From contig NC_043000.1 of assembly GCF_006345805.1 (NCBI RefSeq), positions 163,928,001-163,992,000 on the forward strand: 64,000 nucleotides of DNA, read 5' to 3'. Positions within the stretch are counted from its first letter, which is position 1; every line of letters begins with the position of its first letter. The translations under genes and the position numbers were made by a program. Below, piece after piece: positions 1-13,632 of this stretch. The stretch comes from Octopus sinensis (taxonomy: Eukaryota). The notes under the pieces were generated by a model that worked only from the letters and a program-made list of their open reading frames with translations, was not told the origin of the DNA and searched no databases.

Positions 1-1055
1 TCTCTTTCCTGGAACTGTTACATTAAGTTGGCAACAAACCATCAATTTATTGTCCTGCAACTGCATAGCTTTCTCTGAGAGATTTAGAAATGCAATATTT
101 CTAATATATATATATAACGGCTGAGTCACCAATTGCAATCGATGAGTGTTATGGTGCAACGTCGGGAACACCAAGTTGTAACGGTAGAGGTTAATTTTGT
201 GTAACGGCTGGAATTAAATTATTTTCGTAACGATGCCTTGAAATGTGTGCAACGGCAGAATTTAGATTTTGTGACGGTTGAAATTAAATTGTAAACAATA
301 GTATGGAATGTCGGAAACGTAATCAGTTTGTAAGGATTATTTTTTTCGTTGATTGGCATGGTATAAAAATGAAAGATCAGTGATTGAAGTTGTGAAGAAA
401 ATGTTTATTTTTACCGTCACATTTGTATATACCTTGCCTGGACGGGCAGAGGATAAAATCCAAAAGCATACGAAGTCAAGTCAGATGTCGTAGATTTTCC
501 TTGTATAGTTTTGTGTACACGTATACTTAGCAGTAATCCACAGATAGCGATAGAATGATGGTGTAAGTGAACAGAATTACAGCTAGTGAAAGTTGTAGGG
601 TCGTGGGAAGTGGTCTCATGGTTGTTGACAGGAAATTTCATTTCTCCTTCTGACCATTGACTTTAGTAGCTGCCTTGCTTGTGATCATGATTCTAGCGTT
701 CCGTTCCCGAACTAATGGTAGCTGTCTCTGACTCGAGTTGTCAGGAACCGACTAACTGATTGCGTTGTCGCTAATTGACTGGTTTTTGCTTGGGGGCTCT
801 TGCTTTTATAACTATCTACAAGGATAGACATATCGTCCAGAATAATAGATTTCGTTGGTGGTACTTGTTATCTTAATTCTAGCTTTTCGTGGAATAGAAG
901 AAGTAGTAAAGGCATTATTTCGGCCTTGCTAGGGCATCTGGCAAATGTAAACTGTCACAGAAAAACTATTGCTCCACCGTGAGAAAAGTTCTGTTGAACT
1001 GTTACTTGAAATTTGGCTATGGTGGATCGAATTCACTTCATGCCTGCAAGATTCA

Positions 1056-1131
<76 letters not shown>

Positions 1132-1155
1132 CTATATATATATATATATTATATA

Positions 1156-1215
<60 letters not shown>

Positions 1216-1852
1216 ATAGATGGATATAGATAGACAGGTAGACAGACAGATGGAGGCAACACTCTCGCTAAAAAAAAATTTCGGTGTTCGGAATGTTATC
1301 TACAGACAAGATTGTCCTTTGGACCATGCCAGACGCGCACCAAAATTAGAACGTATCCTTTTCGCAAGGACCTTTACAAGCAACAACCTGGTGTGACCTG
1401 AACAGGCAAATCATTGTATGGGACAGGGAGCAAAAACAAAACAAGCACTGTTGTACAAGTAAACTGAACAGAACAAAAAAAAGAAGGTGGAAAGAGGGAA
1501 GGGGCGGTCGAAGAATGAGAGGCTAAGGTATATATGAGCGGTTGGCGGGTAACGGGGGAAATCAAAATTTTGGATGGGTAGGTGTATTAAAGTGCCGAGA
1601 TTGAGATTTCAGAGTGTGTGTGAGAGAGAGGGAGAGAGAGAGGGAGATGTTGGATGGAGAGAGAAAAGAGACAAAAAGGAAATGTGAATGAGAAAAGAAT
1701 GAGAATAGGTGTACGAAGAGAAAGGCAACGGATGGCAGAGTAGAATTGTGATTAGTATGGAGAATGAAATAGTTACTTCTTTTGATGTTTACTAGACCTC
1801 GTGTCTCCTTCTAGGATGTTACAGAAATGGCGACTGTGTGAAGTCATCAATG

Positions 1853-1894
<42 letters not shown>

Positions 1895-2156
1895 TCATAT
1901 ATATATATAGGTACATACATCGATAACCAGACAGACAGACAGACAGATATACGTGTATATGCATATATCTATATATATTTGTGTGTGCATGTGTGTGTAT
2001 GTAAAGAGAGAAAGGAAGAATGCGTAGACGCGCGCTACTCTGCGGCCCATCACAAGGTAAACGGATCATCATTAAAAGAACATACCTAAAGTCTTCTCTC
2101 ACTATCTCGCTCTCTCTCCCTCCCTCCCTCTTTCCCGCTCTACCCCTCTCTCTTAC

Positions 2157-2198
<42 letters not shown>

Positions 2199-2278
2199 GT
2201 TATACATAGGGATATATGTGTGTGTGTGTGTGTGTGTGTGTCTGTATATATATGTATTTGTATATATATATATGTATT

Positions 2279-2323
<45 letters not shown>

Positions 2324-2518
2324 ATATATCATATAATTAAGGGCTAAAGAGGGTTATTCTAAGCCAAATACACTGTTTTATCCACTTATAATCCGCTTGT
2401 TACAGGAAAATTGAAACACAAACACACACAGAATTACAGAAAGGGAAATGTGTGTGTATCAGTCTGTCTGTGTATATATGGTATGTGGGTATGTATATTA
2501 TATACATATATATATGTG

Positions 2519-2560
<42 letters not shown>

Positions 2561-3468
2561 CACACACACACGCACACACACACTCGCGCACACTCGCGCA
2601 CGTGCATATGCGCACTCATGTTCCACAAACACATACAAGTAAACACTCATAACAAAGTTGTCGCAGAATGATTGACACTTGTAGACAAAAATATGTGGCG
2701 GGGTACAACTAACCGTAGACTCTTAATCCACCCGAAGCACTGCCCCACCCCAAGTACTACTACCGACCTCCACACACACACACACCACCACCAGCTCCCA
2801 TAAAAATCTACCACCGCCATCTCCATCTCCAACTAACACATGTACTATTAGCACCTCCACCACTCGCTATCATTATCACCGGGGCCAATCTTCACCCCCT
2901 ACCATCCATTACCTTCTGCACCTCCACCACCGTCACCAACACAATAACTACCACCACCACCGCCACCATTTTCAGCTCCAGTTGACCTCCCTTACCACCA
3001 ACACCACCAATACAAAATCCACCACCTCCGCCTTCATTGTCACTATTGTCACTGCCAACACCAACACCAACACCACCTCTGCCGGCACCACAACCAGTTA
3101 CCACTTCTACCGTTACAGCCTCCAACACCTCTATCATCATCACCAACAACTGCAACAACAACGCCATCACAATTAGTCACAGCGACACGGCAGCCGCTAA
3201 AAAAAGTGGGATATTTGAAAGGAAAGAACAATGCCTTACATACGCCATCATCGTTGCCTTCACTTTTATCGTTGTAATCGTCGTTGAACAGGATTTTAGT
3301 CATCAAATCATGATTGAGAAATTAAAAGACATGTTGCTGTCGTTCTTGGTAGCGGTGGCGGAGGCGGAGGCGGCGGTGGTAGTGGCAGTGGCAGTGATTG
3401 TGGTCGAGGTGGTGGTAGTGGTAGTGGTAACGATTTATTTTATTAAACACAAGGGTTTACATTAAGAA

Positions 3469-3548
<80 letters not shown>

Positions 3549-3549
<1 letters not shown>

Positions 3550-3894
3550 TACATCGACCCCAGTGCTCAACCGATACTTATTTCATCGACCCCGAAAGGA
3601 TGAAAGGCAAAGTCGACCTCGGCGGAATTTGAACTCAGAACGTAACGGCAGACAAAATACCTATTTCTTTACTACCCACAAGGGGCTAAACACAGAGAGG
3701 ACAAACATGCACTGACAAACGAATTATGTCGATTATATCGACCCCAGTGCGTAACTGGTACTTATTTAATCGACCCCGAAAGGATGAAAGGCAAAGTCGA
3801 CCTCGGCGGAATTTGAACTCAGAACGTAACGGCAGACGAAATACGGCTACGCATTTCGCCCGGCATGCTAACGTTTCTGCTAGCTCGCCGCCTT
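3549..3894 (-). mobile_element. SINE family A (tRNA-like head), partial concatemer
   Basis: Head aaggcggcgagctagcagaaacgttagc, core ccgaggtcgactttgcctttcatcctttcggggtcgat; tail-to-body junction at 3660/3661. Confidence 0.85.
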
Positions 3895-4496
3895 AGGTAC
3901 CAGTGATATATTAAAGGGTTTATTGGGTTGGTTATATCACTTCTCCTAGCCAAAAGAATGTTGTGCGCCTACTTGCGTCCAAATATAGTCTTGTGGGAGG
4001 ACAGTTCACTCCCTTTGATCGCACAATGAACTCGAGCAAGACCTGAACGCCACATAATTTCTTTTCTTTTTTTTTTATTACATCTACAGTCTTACATTTT
4101 AAAAAGATTTTGATTGTGAGTATATGTTCTTCATTATTAAATGCACCAAAATGCAAATTTTGTATCGACCGACTCCTTGCAAAATCTGAATATCAATAGA
4201 AGCAAAGACATCCAACCAACAACGAGATTCTTACAAAACTTAGTTCATACCAATTTAACAGATATTTTGAGTTGACAGAATACTGCACAATATGGAGGTC
4301 AGAAATTCGTATCGTATCGCCGATACCTCTGTTTTTTCATACATCTGGTCAAGTCTATTTGGTTGTAACTAACAAGAACGTGACAAAATGGAGTTTCTTC
4401 CAGTCACTCGGTCGGTTAAGAATAGTTACACTTTACCGTCTGAAAAAAAGAAGGCCATTTGGAGCAATGTAATTATGTGTGTGTGTGTGTGTGTGT

Positions 4497-4545
<49 letters not shown>

Positions 4546-4965
4546 CTCTCTTGTTTTTAATCATTTCAATTCTTCTTCTGAGGAAGTAGCTGATACAAAG
4601 CTTCATCGCTGGAATGTAGATAACAAAAGAAAAGTTATATTTTAAACTTGAAAAAAGCCTTGCATATCTTCATTGTTCCTTTTACTGACTGTATTTGCAA
4701 TGTGTTAGTTAGTTGGAGGATTTCTTTTTCAGAAAGCCCTACCTTATCCAGATTCTCACTTGGGCATTTACTCACAAAACCAAAGGCACCAATTATTATT
4801 GGTATAAAAGTGCCTTTCTAATCTCCATCTAGAAGCTGGAGGTTTCAAAGCAGCTTTCGATAGTTATCCTCTTTCCCATTGATTTTCAGAGAGCTCTTCA
4901 CATCAACAGAACAGCTGACCTCGATGATGGTACACACACACTGATATATATATATATATATATAT

Positions 4966-5129
4966 ACAACGGGCTTCTTTCAGTTTCCATCTGCAAGTTC
5001 CTCTCACGAAGGTTTGGTCGGCCCGAGGTTATAGCAGAAGATACTTGCTCAAAGAACTATGCAGAGGGGCTGAACATGGAAGCATTTAGTTAAGAAGCAA
5101 ACTTCTTACTTCACAGCTACATCTGCGCC
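4966..5129 (-). mobile_element. SINE family B (tRNA head; ..cttgggcaagtgtcttct..gacggaaactgaaagaagcccgt tail)
   Basis: Family consensus shared with 8460, 12550, 21575, 28150, 30145 and 37290. Confidence 0.75.
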
Positions 5130-5169
5130 AATACATACATATATAAACATATATATATATATTTTTTTC

Positions 5170-5364
5170 ATCCTTCTTTCTGTGTTTCTTCTCTGTGTAT
5201 CTTTCTGTTGAAGAGCGTAGGCTCGAAACGTAAAAGACTTATTTTATTTATATTCCTGAGCGCCATACTAATACAATTGCTCGTTTGTATTCCACCTGCC
5301 TTCGTCTTTTTTTTATTTCCGTAAACCTGCCTTCGTCTTTTGTTTATTTTCATAAAGCTTCCCG

Positions 5365-5368
<4 letters not shown>
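5170..5368 (+). mobile_element. Short PLE pLTR-like repeat with minimal HHR-like motif (5200-5237)
   Basis: TCTTT CTGTTGA A GAGC gtag GCTC GAAAC GTA AAAGA; homologues at 33920-34075 and 37560-37760; ends in (AT)n. Confidence 0.6.
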
Positions 5369-5402
<34 letters not shown>

Positions 5403-5801
5403 GCACACATGCCATCACATTATGACCACAGCTGTGATTTCTTTGTTTAAAGTCTGCTCAGTCTGGCCTGACCTGGAGTTAATCAACAACAGGATAGCAT
5501 ACTACAAACCATCAGTATCTATTGTTCATGTTGTCTCGTCATTCTATGTTCCTAAGTTTAACGTTAAGTGGTGTCATCCTCAATTTACTCCAGCAGAGAA
5601 AAATATAAGCTTCTGAGGAAACTTTACGACGGTTCTAACTACTGTCTAAGACTCTAGAATATTACAACACCAAATCTAGCCTAGTACTCTTCCGCTCATT
5701 CTTTTCTTCTACAGACCTCATTTCACGTAGGTTAACCTAGTATCTATTCTGTTGCATGGTTTACTACACCAATGCTTTATCATTATTATTATTATTATTA
5801 T

Positions 5802-6252
5802 AAAGACTCGTTAGCATGCCGGGCAAAATGCCTAGTGGCAATTCTTCCGTCATTATGATCTGAGTTCATTTTCCCCGTGGTTGACTTTGCCTTCATCCCT
5901 TCGGAGTCGATGAAATAAGTACCAGTTGATCCCTGGGGTTGATGTAATCGACTACTCCCCTACCCCCAAATTTCAGGCCGCCGCAATGTTCTGGGTCGAC
6001 TTTGCCTTTCATCCTTTCGGGGTCGATAAATTAAGTACCAGTTATGCACTGGGGTCGATGTAATCGACTAGTCCCCTACCGCAAAATTTCAGCCCTTGTG
6101 TCTTTAGTAGAAAGGATTATTATCATTATCATTATTGTCTTTGCACAACTTCTAACGCAGGAAATGTACTACGATGCCAGCTGTTCACTACCAGTGAACA
6201 AAGGTAACCTCCCTTATTTTTCGAACACCATCCGGAGTATTCGAGCGGTTTA

Positions 6253-6310
<58 letters not shown>

Positions 6311-6550
6311 CATCATTATTATTATTATTATAAAGGCAGCGAGCTGGCACAATCGTTAGCACGCCGGGCGAAATGCCTAGCGGTATATCGCCCTTGGCTA
6401 CGTACTGAATTCAAATTCCGCCGAGGTCGACTTTGCCTTTCATCCTTTCGGGGTCAATAGATTAAGTACCAGTTGCATACTGGGGTCGATGTAATCGACT
6501 AGTCCCCTTTCCAAAATTTCAGGCCTTGTGCCTAGAGTAGAAAGGGATAT
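5802..6550 (+). mobile_element. Cluster of three SINE A copies separated by (ATT)n
   Basis: The core gtcgactttgcctttcatcctttcggggtcgat occurs three times (about 5880, 5995, 6425); full head at 6333. Confidence 0.85.
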
Positions 6551-7202
6551 TATCATTATTATTTGATACGAATAAAAACAACCTCTCATGGATTGGCAGA
6601 TACTATGATTCTTGCACCAGTTGATTCTAAATGGTATCTTCTGCTTTCCTAGATTAGATATTCACATCTGCTCGGCAGCTGATCTAAATACTGTACGACT
6701 TCTGTACCCCATCCCAAAACACAATGTCGAGTCTGCTCTATTTGCACTGAAAAATTGGTATGTTTCATCAAAGTATTCATCGGTTTTAAAACTTTAATTC
6801 AAACCTACCCACGCTCATACATATATATAAAGTGCGTGTGTATTTATGCGCGCGTGCATATCCAACAGATACTTAAGTATGTGTGTAGAAGCAGGGAGTG
6901 CTAAATTCTTTTTTTCATGCATTATATACAAAATATATCCCGCCTGACGAAACTATTTATGCTAGCTTCCATACAACGGTTTTCTTTTACTTACAAGCAG
7001 CCATCATCTTCCTTTATTTCAAAGTCAAACATTCTTTGTCAAATTCACCAGATTATTCCAGAGAACATTTGATAACTGTGAGAAGTGTATGTACTTTATA
7101 CTGTAAATTCAAAACATACGTCGGCTACAATACATCAGAGAGAAAGTGAATTTTAATGAAAATCAAAGAATGCTTTTCTTGACGCGATCCTTTAGAATAT
7201 AT

Positions 7203-7255
<53 letters not shown>

Positions 7256-7400
7256 CTCTCTTTGACTTTTTTCTTGGCTTTCTCTGCCTTGCATCGCCAC
7301 AAGGTTTATCAACAATTTGTGTATTTTGCTATTACGTCCCCGTAACTGAGCGGTTCGGCCAAACAGACCGATAGAATAAGTGCCAGGCTGTAAAAAAAAT

Positions 7401-7765
7401 TTACTAGAAAATTGTGGACTCTATCGCAATGGAACAAGGCTATGTAAATTGTGTATGGCAGAAACGTATATAATCCTTATGAAATCACATGAGCCAGGAG
7501 GCTACCTGAACTCCGGGACGGAAGCTGTGGGGAGATGTCCCCATTTTCGAAAATGTTTACTTCAAAACTGGAAAACCTAGCTATCAAGAGAAGGAAGACA
7601 ATTTTTAAGATGTATATTTCTTCAACTATCACCGGCGTTCTTGTGTTTTTTTTTTTAAACATTCATTGCAGAGAACAGTTATCGTTTAGAGAAACTGAAG
7701 ATATGTCTAGTTCATGCAAGATATGAAACCAATGGTATTTCTCTAAAACTGTTACCCTACACATA
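7401..7765 (+). mobile_element. Penelope-like element (PLE) 3' end: endonuclease C-terminus plus pseudo-LTR
   Basis: LENCGLYRNGTRLCKLCMAETYII..YLNSGTEAVGRCPHFRKCLLQN* fits the Cys/His-rich PLE ORF C-terminus (C-x2-C..E..LN..E...C.H..K.LL); an HHR follows about 105 bp later, then (TA)n. Confidence 0.78.
7685..7747 (+). ncRNA. Type I hammerhead ribozyme
   Basis: Stem I TTTAGAGAAA/TTTCTCTAAA (10 bp perfect); CTGAAGA 7695-7701; GAAA 7725-7728; stem III ACC-aat-GGT; cleavage triplet GTA 7735-7737; stem II imperfect. Confidence 0.82.
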
Positions 7766-7793
7766 CAATATATATATGTATATATATATATAT

Positions 7794-7853
<60 letters not shown>

Positions 7854-7957
7854 TATATATTATATATATATATATATATGCGTGTATGTATAAATGCATA
7901 TACGTATTTAAGTTTGTATATGCATGTATAGAAAAACACACACACGCATATATATGC

Positions 7958-8054
<97 letters not shown>

Positions 8055-8076
8055 TATATATATATATATATGTATA

Positions 8077-8160
<84 letters not shown>
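7765..8160. repeat. (TA)n-rich tract
   Basis: Directly visible; similar tracts at 1058-1213, 12060-12210 and 41780-42250. Confidence 0.97.
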
Positions 8161-8163
<3 letters not shown>

Positions 8164-8459
8164 CGGTTTTCCTGTCGGTTGTCCTCCAATCTTTAGCTAT
8201 AAATGTCACATCTGATTTCTCACGACAGAAATTGAACTTGCGAAGTTCATTATGAACAAACAGTATTAGTTATTCCGAATGACAGTTATTCCTTAATTCT
8301 TAATACCTCTGACGATATTAGGTCTTCGTTTAAACAGGAACCAGAATACGGAATATAGATAAACTCCGGCTGGGCGTACCGTTCAGTATGGCTCCAGTGT
8401 CTTGCTGTAACCATTTTATTTCCTTTGTTCCAATAATGGAAAAAAGCATGAATCTTAGA

Positions 8460-8627
8460 TATGGCTGAGTGGTAATAAGCTTGCTTCCCAACCACAGTTT
8501 CGAGTTCAGTCGCACTGCATGGCACTTTGAGCAAGTGTTTTAGCCCCGGTCCAACCAAAGCCTTGTGAGTAGATTTGATTGACGGAAACTGAAAGAAGCC
8601 CGTTGCGTGTGTGTTTGTGTGTGTATC

Positions 8628-8661
<34 letters not shown>

Positions 8662-8810
8662 GTGTCTGTCTGTCTGTCTGTCTGCCTGTCTGTGTGTGTG
8701 TGTGTGTGTGTGTGTTCTCCACCGCTGCTTGACGACCGGTGTTGTTTTGTTTACGCCTCCGTAACTGAGCACTTATAGCCGTAGTCCAATGACTGAAACA
8801 AGTAAGAGAT
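8460..8810 (+). mobile_element. SINE B + (TG)n + second 3' module (composite)
   Basis: The B body is followed by a TG tract and a module ending gactgaaacaagtaa, also seen at 45405-45610 (-) and 7330-7400. Confidence 0.7.
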
Positions 8811-9112
8811 GACGATTCCAATTTCATTTTGCGTAAAAACATTGTGGAAGTTAAAAACTTAGTAATAACTGTCATTCGGAATGAATTTTATAAGAAACTT
8901 CACACGTTCAACCTGTGGAGACATTTATTACTAAAAACAGTTCAACCGGCAAAAGCCCATTCGTATAAAAACAGAAATATAAATCGGCCCAAAACGCTAT
9001 TTGACATCAATAAAAACTAAAAGGAAGTAAAAAAAAAAATTAAAAAAAAGAAAAGGTTTAATTTTTGTTGTTTTTAGCGTTGAATCACCCCCGATCGACT
9101 AGAATTATAATA

Positions 9113-9830
9113 ACGGTTTCAAATTTTGGCACAAGACCAGCAATTCCGGAGTTGGGACGTAATTCGATTACCTCAACCCCAGTGCTCAACTTATCGTACT
9201 TATTTGAACCCGGAACGTTAAGACAGACGAAATACCACTAAGCATTTTGCCTGATGTGTTAACGATTCTGGTAGCTTGCCGCCTTGAGCAGAACTGTAAT
9301 AATTATTATTATAGCCGTCAACATACATCTTCAAGCATTTTAAAATTCGATCGGAAATCGTTAATACAAATAGGGTGAAATAACTTGACAAAGAATCGAA
9401 CCCGTGATGCAGGATAAGCTCAGCTAGCTGATCTGCATTGTGTGCGCATTAGGCACAGATTTCAATCTTACATTAGTACAAGGCAGAAAGAGAGGAACTT
9501 AATTTAATGAAATGATCTTAGTATATGATCAGTACATCTTTTCTACTCTAGGCACAAGGCCCGACATTTTAGATCGACCCCAGTTCGCAACTTCACACGT
9601 GATCATCGACTATCCAATCATGTAATTATTGGTTTCAAATTTTAACACGATTTATCGACTCCGAAAGGACGAAAGGCAAAGTCGACCTCGGCGGACGACT
9701 GGTACATATTTTAACAACCCTCAACGAATGAAAATCAAAATGAAATTTAGTAAAATTTGAACTTAGAAGGTAAAGTGCAGTAACTAAATAGAGTAAGTCA
9801 TTTAGTCAAACGTTCCAGCCACTAATTCTA
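9113..9830 (-). mobile_element. Two degraded SINE A copies (9113-9285, 9535-9830)
   Basis: Head, core and tail motifs of family A on the minus strand. Confidence 0.7.
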
Positions 9831-10465
9831 CCAATATTTTGTTTACACAATAAACAATACAAAATATAAATTACGCGAGGAAGAATGCGTTGAAACTAAG
9901 AAATGTGAACCGTGGAGACAATTAATAGAGAAAGAGAAATAATTGCAAGGTTAATAAGGAAAACGGAATAATGAAGAGAAGGTGAAAGAAAGAGAGAAAT
10001 TAGCAACGGCGACGGGAAACGGTCATAAAGAAGCGGGTGCATGAGGAATAAGGAACTTTCTAGAATGTTATTTCTAACTATTATTATTTTATATCATAGA
10101 ATAACAACCAAATAGACAGCTAAACCACATTCTAATTAGTTGTTGCCATTGTGAGCCACCATCACTGATTGCCTACCTCCCCATTTGTTTTCCGTTTCAA
10201 CAAAATATGAGTAAATTAATAATAAGGTTATGTTATTCTTTTATTTTATCGTCCCTGTCCCCTTATTCACTAAATGGAAATCTGAGGATGAGAAAATCCT
10301 TGAACTATAAAAGGCTGCCTAGCACGGTTACCAGTACTTAATTTATTCATGAGAAGATTAGTCTAATTATATGTATGAGAAAAACGATTGGAAACCGTAA
10401 TTAAGAAAACTTATTACATCCAATATTCATAAAAGACATATGGGAATTCGGAGACTGATAGACAT

Positions 10466-10566
<101 letters not shown>

Positions 10567-10571
10567 TGGAC

Positions 10572-10650
<79 letters not shown>

Positions 10651-12071
10651 CTACTTTGGGATGAGAACACGTATGTATGGAATTCGAGAATATGGCATGT
10701 CTTAATTGTTGAGGAGTCGATAATTGGCACATGTAAAAGAATTTCTTATATTATTATTTTATCCGTTGTACAAGTGAAAGCTGTAAACCAGTTGAGACGT
10801 GAAAGGAGCGGCCGAGTCCTTTGCAGCGTCCACTCATAATAAACTTGACAGAGCAGACTTTGTCTTTAACGGATCTGATATTTATAAACTAGTAGCAGTT
10901 GATACAACTACCAGCCCTACTCTGTACAGAGTCCGAGAGCCACAGATGCTGTTCAGCTGAAAGTTAAACCCTGCACAACCCGTTTCTTTCGTTTTCACAA
11001 AGCTTGTAAAATTCGGTTTTGATCACAAGCTATAAATGAATAATTTGAAGAAGCACATTTTAATCATATACGTAATATGGGAACTGAAAACTCATTAGTT
11101 TTTCACTAGTTTCCATTTCCCAGCCCAAATTTGCTGTATTCCGGGAGGTATGAGTCTTCTAATCGCTTAATCTGCATATCCAACCAATAATCAACTATAG
11201 AATTACAAATGTTAGGCAACGAATATTCATAAACCTTGATCTCCAAATTAATCCATGGTCATCAACAGAAATTCAGCTACTTTCTGAGGAAAAACATGGC
11301 CAACCTTTCATACGTAAAACAGGACCAACCTCAAAAACATTTTGGGGGTGATATAGGATTGATTGATTGATAGTATTTTCTAAGAAGGTTAGATTTTGTA
11401 AATTAGCCTCTTTACAATTATTCTAACTGGTGAATTAGCAATTTAAGGCTACAAAATGTTCCAGATCTTTAAGAGCTAACAATAAGAGCAGAGAACAACA
11501 TATGAAACTGTTACGTTTGAAGGCCCATTTTATTCCTATGTATTTTTTCCGAGCCGTTTGCTTGACGGAAGCCAGGATGACTGTGATTCTATCTCGAAGT
11601 TACTGGAAATAGATATCTCTCCACCCAGAAGACAGAGGTCGGATCTATCTAGGGTTTATATACTTCCATTAACGTTTGCATATCCTGGGCTTTTTGCGAA
11701 TTATATCTGCAAACGTTTTTGAAATAATTCAGAGCCCCCAGAAACAGCTGTCGGACCTGTAACATCATATGTTCTCCTCTTGATTTTCTGTGTCTTTGTA
11801 AACTGTGTAAGCTTGCTCGGTTAATGATATAAATATTTATGTGTTTAATCATGAATATGCATCGCCTAAATATTTTCAGTCTTTGTTTTCTCTCTATTTA
11901 CATGTATATATGTATGTATATTTTGTGTATATCTAACCCAAGCAGTTTTATTTGTTTATTTGCATCATTATCACCATATCTGCTCACCCGGATTCCTCTT
12001 ATAGCCACTCTTTTCACATGAAATCATTGGTTGCCTTAATAAATTATAAGAGTGTGTATGTATATATATAT

Positions 12072-12183
<112 letters not shown>

Positions 12184-12184
12184 G

Positions 12185-12244
<60 letters not shown>

Positions 12245-12814
12245 AGTGAGAATGAGTGCTCAACACCGTATTGGTGGATAAAATATTGTTTATTTGTGAG
12301 TTAACAGGGCGATCAATGGTTTTATGTGAAGAGATTTTCACAACCGTTCAAGCGTACCACGTGCCAATGTTGGTACTCGTCTCAACACTTCCATATGGTA
12401 CACTGCACCATCGAGAAGGTCTTCTCACATGAAACCATAAGTTGCTTTGTCAATCCACAAATATGTATGTGTGTGTGTATGTATATGTATGTATGTATAT
12501 ATATGTGTGTGTGTGTATATATATGTATGCGTGTGTATGTATATATATGTACCAGGTTTCCACACAGTTTCCGTCAACGAAATTTACTCACTATTCATTG
12601 GTCAGCCCGAGGCTATAGCAAAAGCCACTGATCCAAGGAGCTGCCCAGTGTGACTGAACCCGAAACTACATAGATGGAAAGTGATATTCATATTACTGCC
12701 ATTTTTGCGCCTATATATGTGTGTGTGTGTGTGTGTGTGTATGTGTTTGCGTGTGTGTGTGTGTGTGTGTGTGTTTGTGTGTGTGTCTGTCTGTGTGTCA
12801 GTGTGTGTGTGAAT

Positions 12815-13053
12815 GTGTGTTGCAAGATCCCTGATGTGAAGTCGTGTGTTGAAACAGACGTTGTACTTCGAGATGGACATTTTTTTGCCAAATAAACATA
12901 TGCACTATGGATTCGTTCTTCACTCGTTTATCACTGTTGTTATTCTAACTTATGTCCATTACCCAGAGAATAAGAACAGTAATAAACGACTGAAGAACGA
13001 ATATATAGTGCGTGTGTTTATTTGGGGGAAAAATGACCGTCCTGAAATACAAC
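12815..13053. repeat. Short fold-back repeat (87-bp imperfect arms, 20-bp spacer)
   Basis: 12860-12946 versus 12967-13053 inverted; a single-arm homologue lies at about 19575-19730. Confidence 0.7.
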
Positions 13054-13095
13054 ATATATATGTGTGTGTGTGTGAGTGAGTGTATAAATAAATAA

Positions 13096-13133
<38 letters not shown>

Positions 13134-13354
13134 TCAATATAGGGTGGCAAAAAAAATTTTGTAGAATTTTTTTGCCACCAGCGGCCTAGTGGGAAAAAAT
13201 TAAATAGTCATAGACCATTTTTAAGTTCAACATCAACAATCAAGGAACGGCCATAATAGGCCATTCACCCACTAGAAATAACAGCCAAAGCTTCAACCGC
13301 AAATAAAAATCAATTCCGTAAACAGGAGAAAATTTAAAAAACATTTACCCTGTA

Positions 13355-13461
13355 ATTTCTTATACGATGCACCGTTTCATCTGCTGTTAAATGGCAAACT
13401 AACCTGATTAAATTAAATCAAGCCAATCTTCCATAGGCCCTCAGATTCTTCAGTAAGAAAT
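13355..13461 (-). ncRNA. Type I hammerhead ribozyme (left arm)
   Basis: Reverse complement has the same stem I, CTGAAGA core, ATCTG/CAGAT stem II and GAAACGGTGCATCGTA as the right arm. Confidence 0.88.
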
Positions 13462-13525
13462 AGTAAGATATTACCTTGGCAGGGTCGGAAATGCCTCGTG
13501 TAAATATCTGTTCCGACTTGTGGCT

Positions 13526-13632
13526 ATTTCTTACTGAAGAATCTGAGGGCCTATGGAAGATTGGCCTGATTTAATTTAATCAGGTTAGTTTACCATTAAA
13601 CAGCAGATGAAACGGTGCATCGTATAAGAAAT
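13526..13632 (+). ncRNA. Type I hammerhead ribozyme (right arm)
   Basis: Stem I ATTTCTTA/TAAGAAAT; CTGAAGA 13534-13540; stem II ATCTG/CAGAT; GAAA 13609-13612; near-palindromic stem III ACGGTGCATCGT; GTA 13622-13624. Confidence 0.88.

Noticed and set aside
417-960. Coding-like unique sequence at the window start
   Set aside because: No motif, splice context or homology could be supported by eye
12828-12870. ctgatgtgaagtcgtgtgttgaaacagacgtt as a hammerhead
   Set aside because: A9 is missing and there is no stem I or II; the 19.7-kb relative does not rescue it
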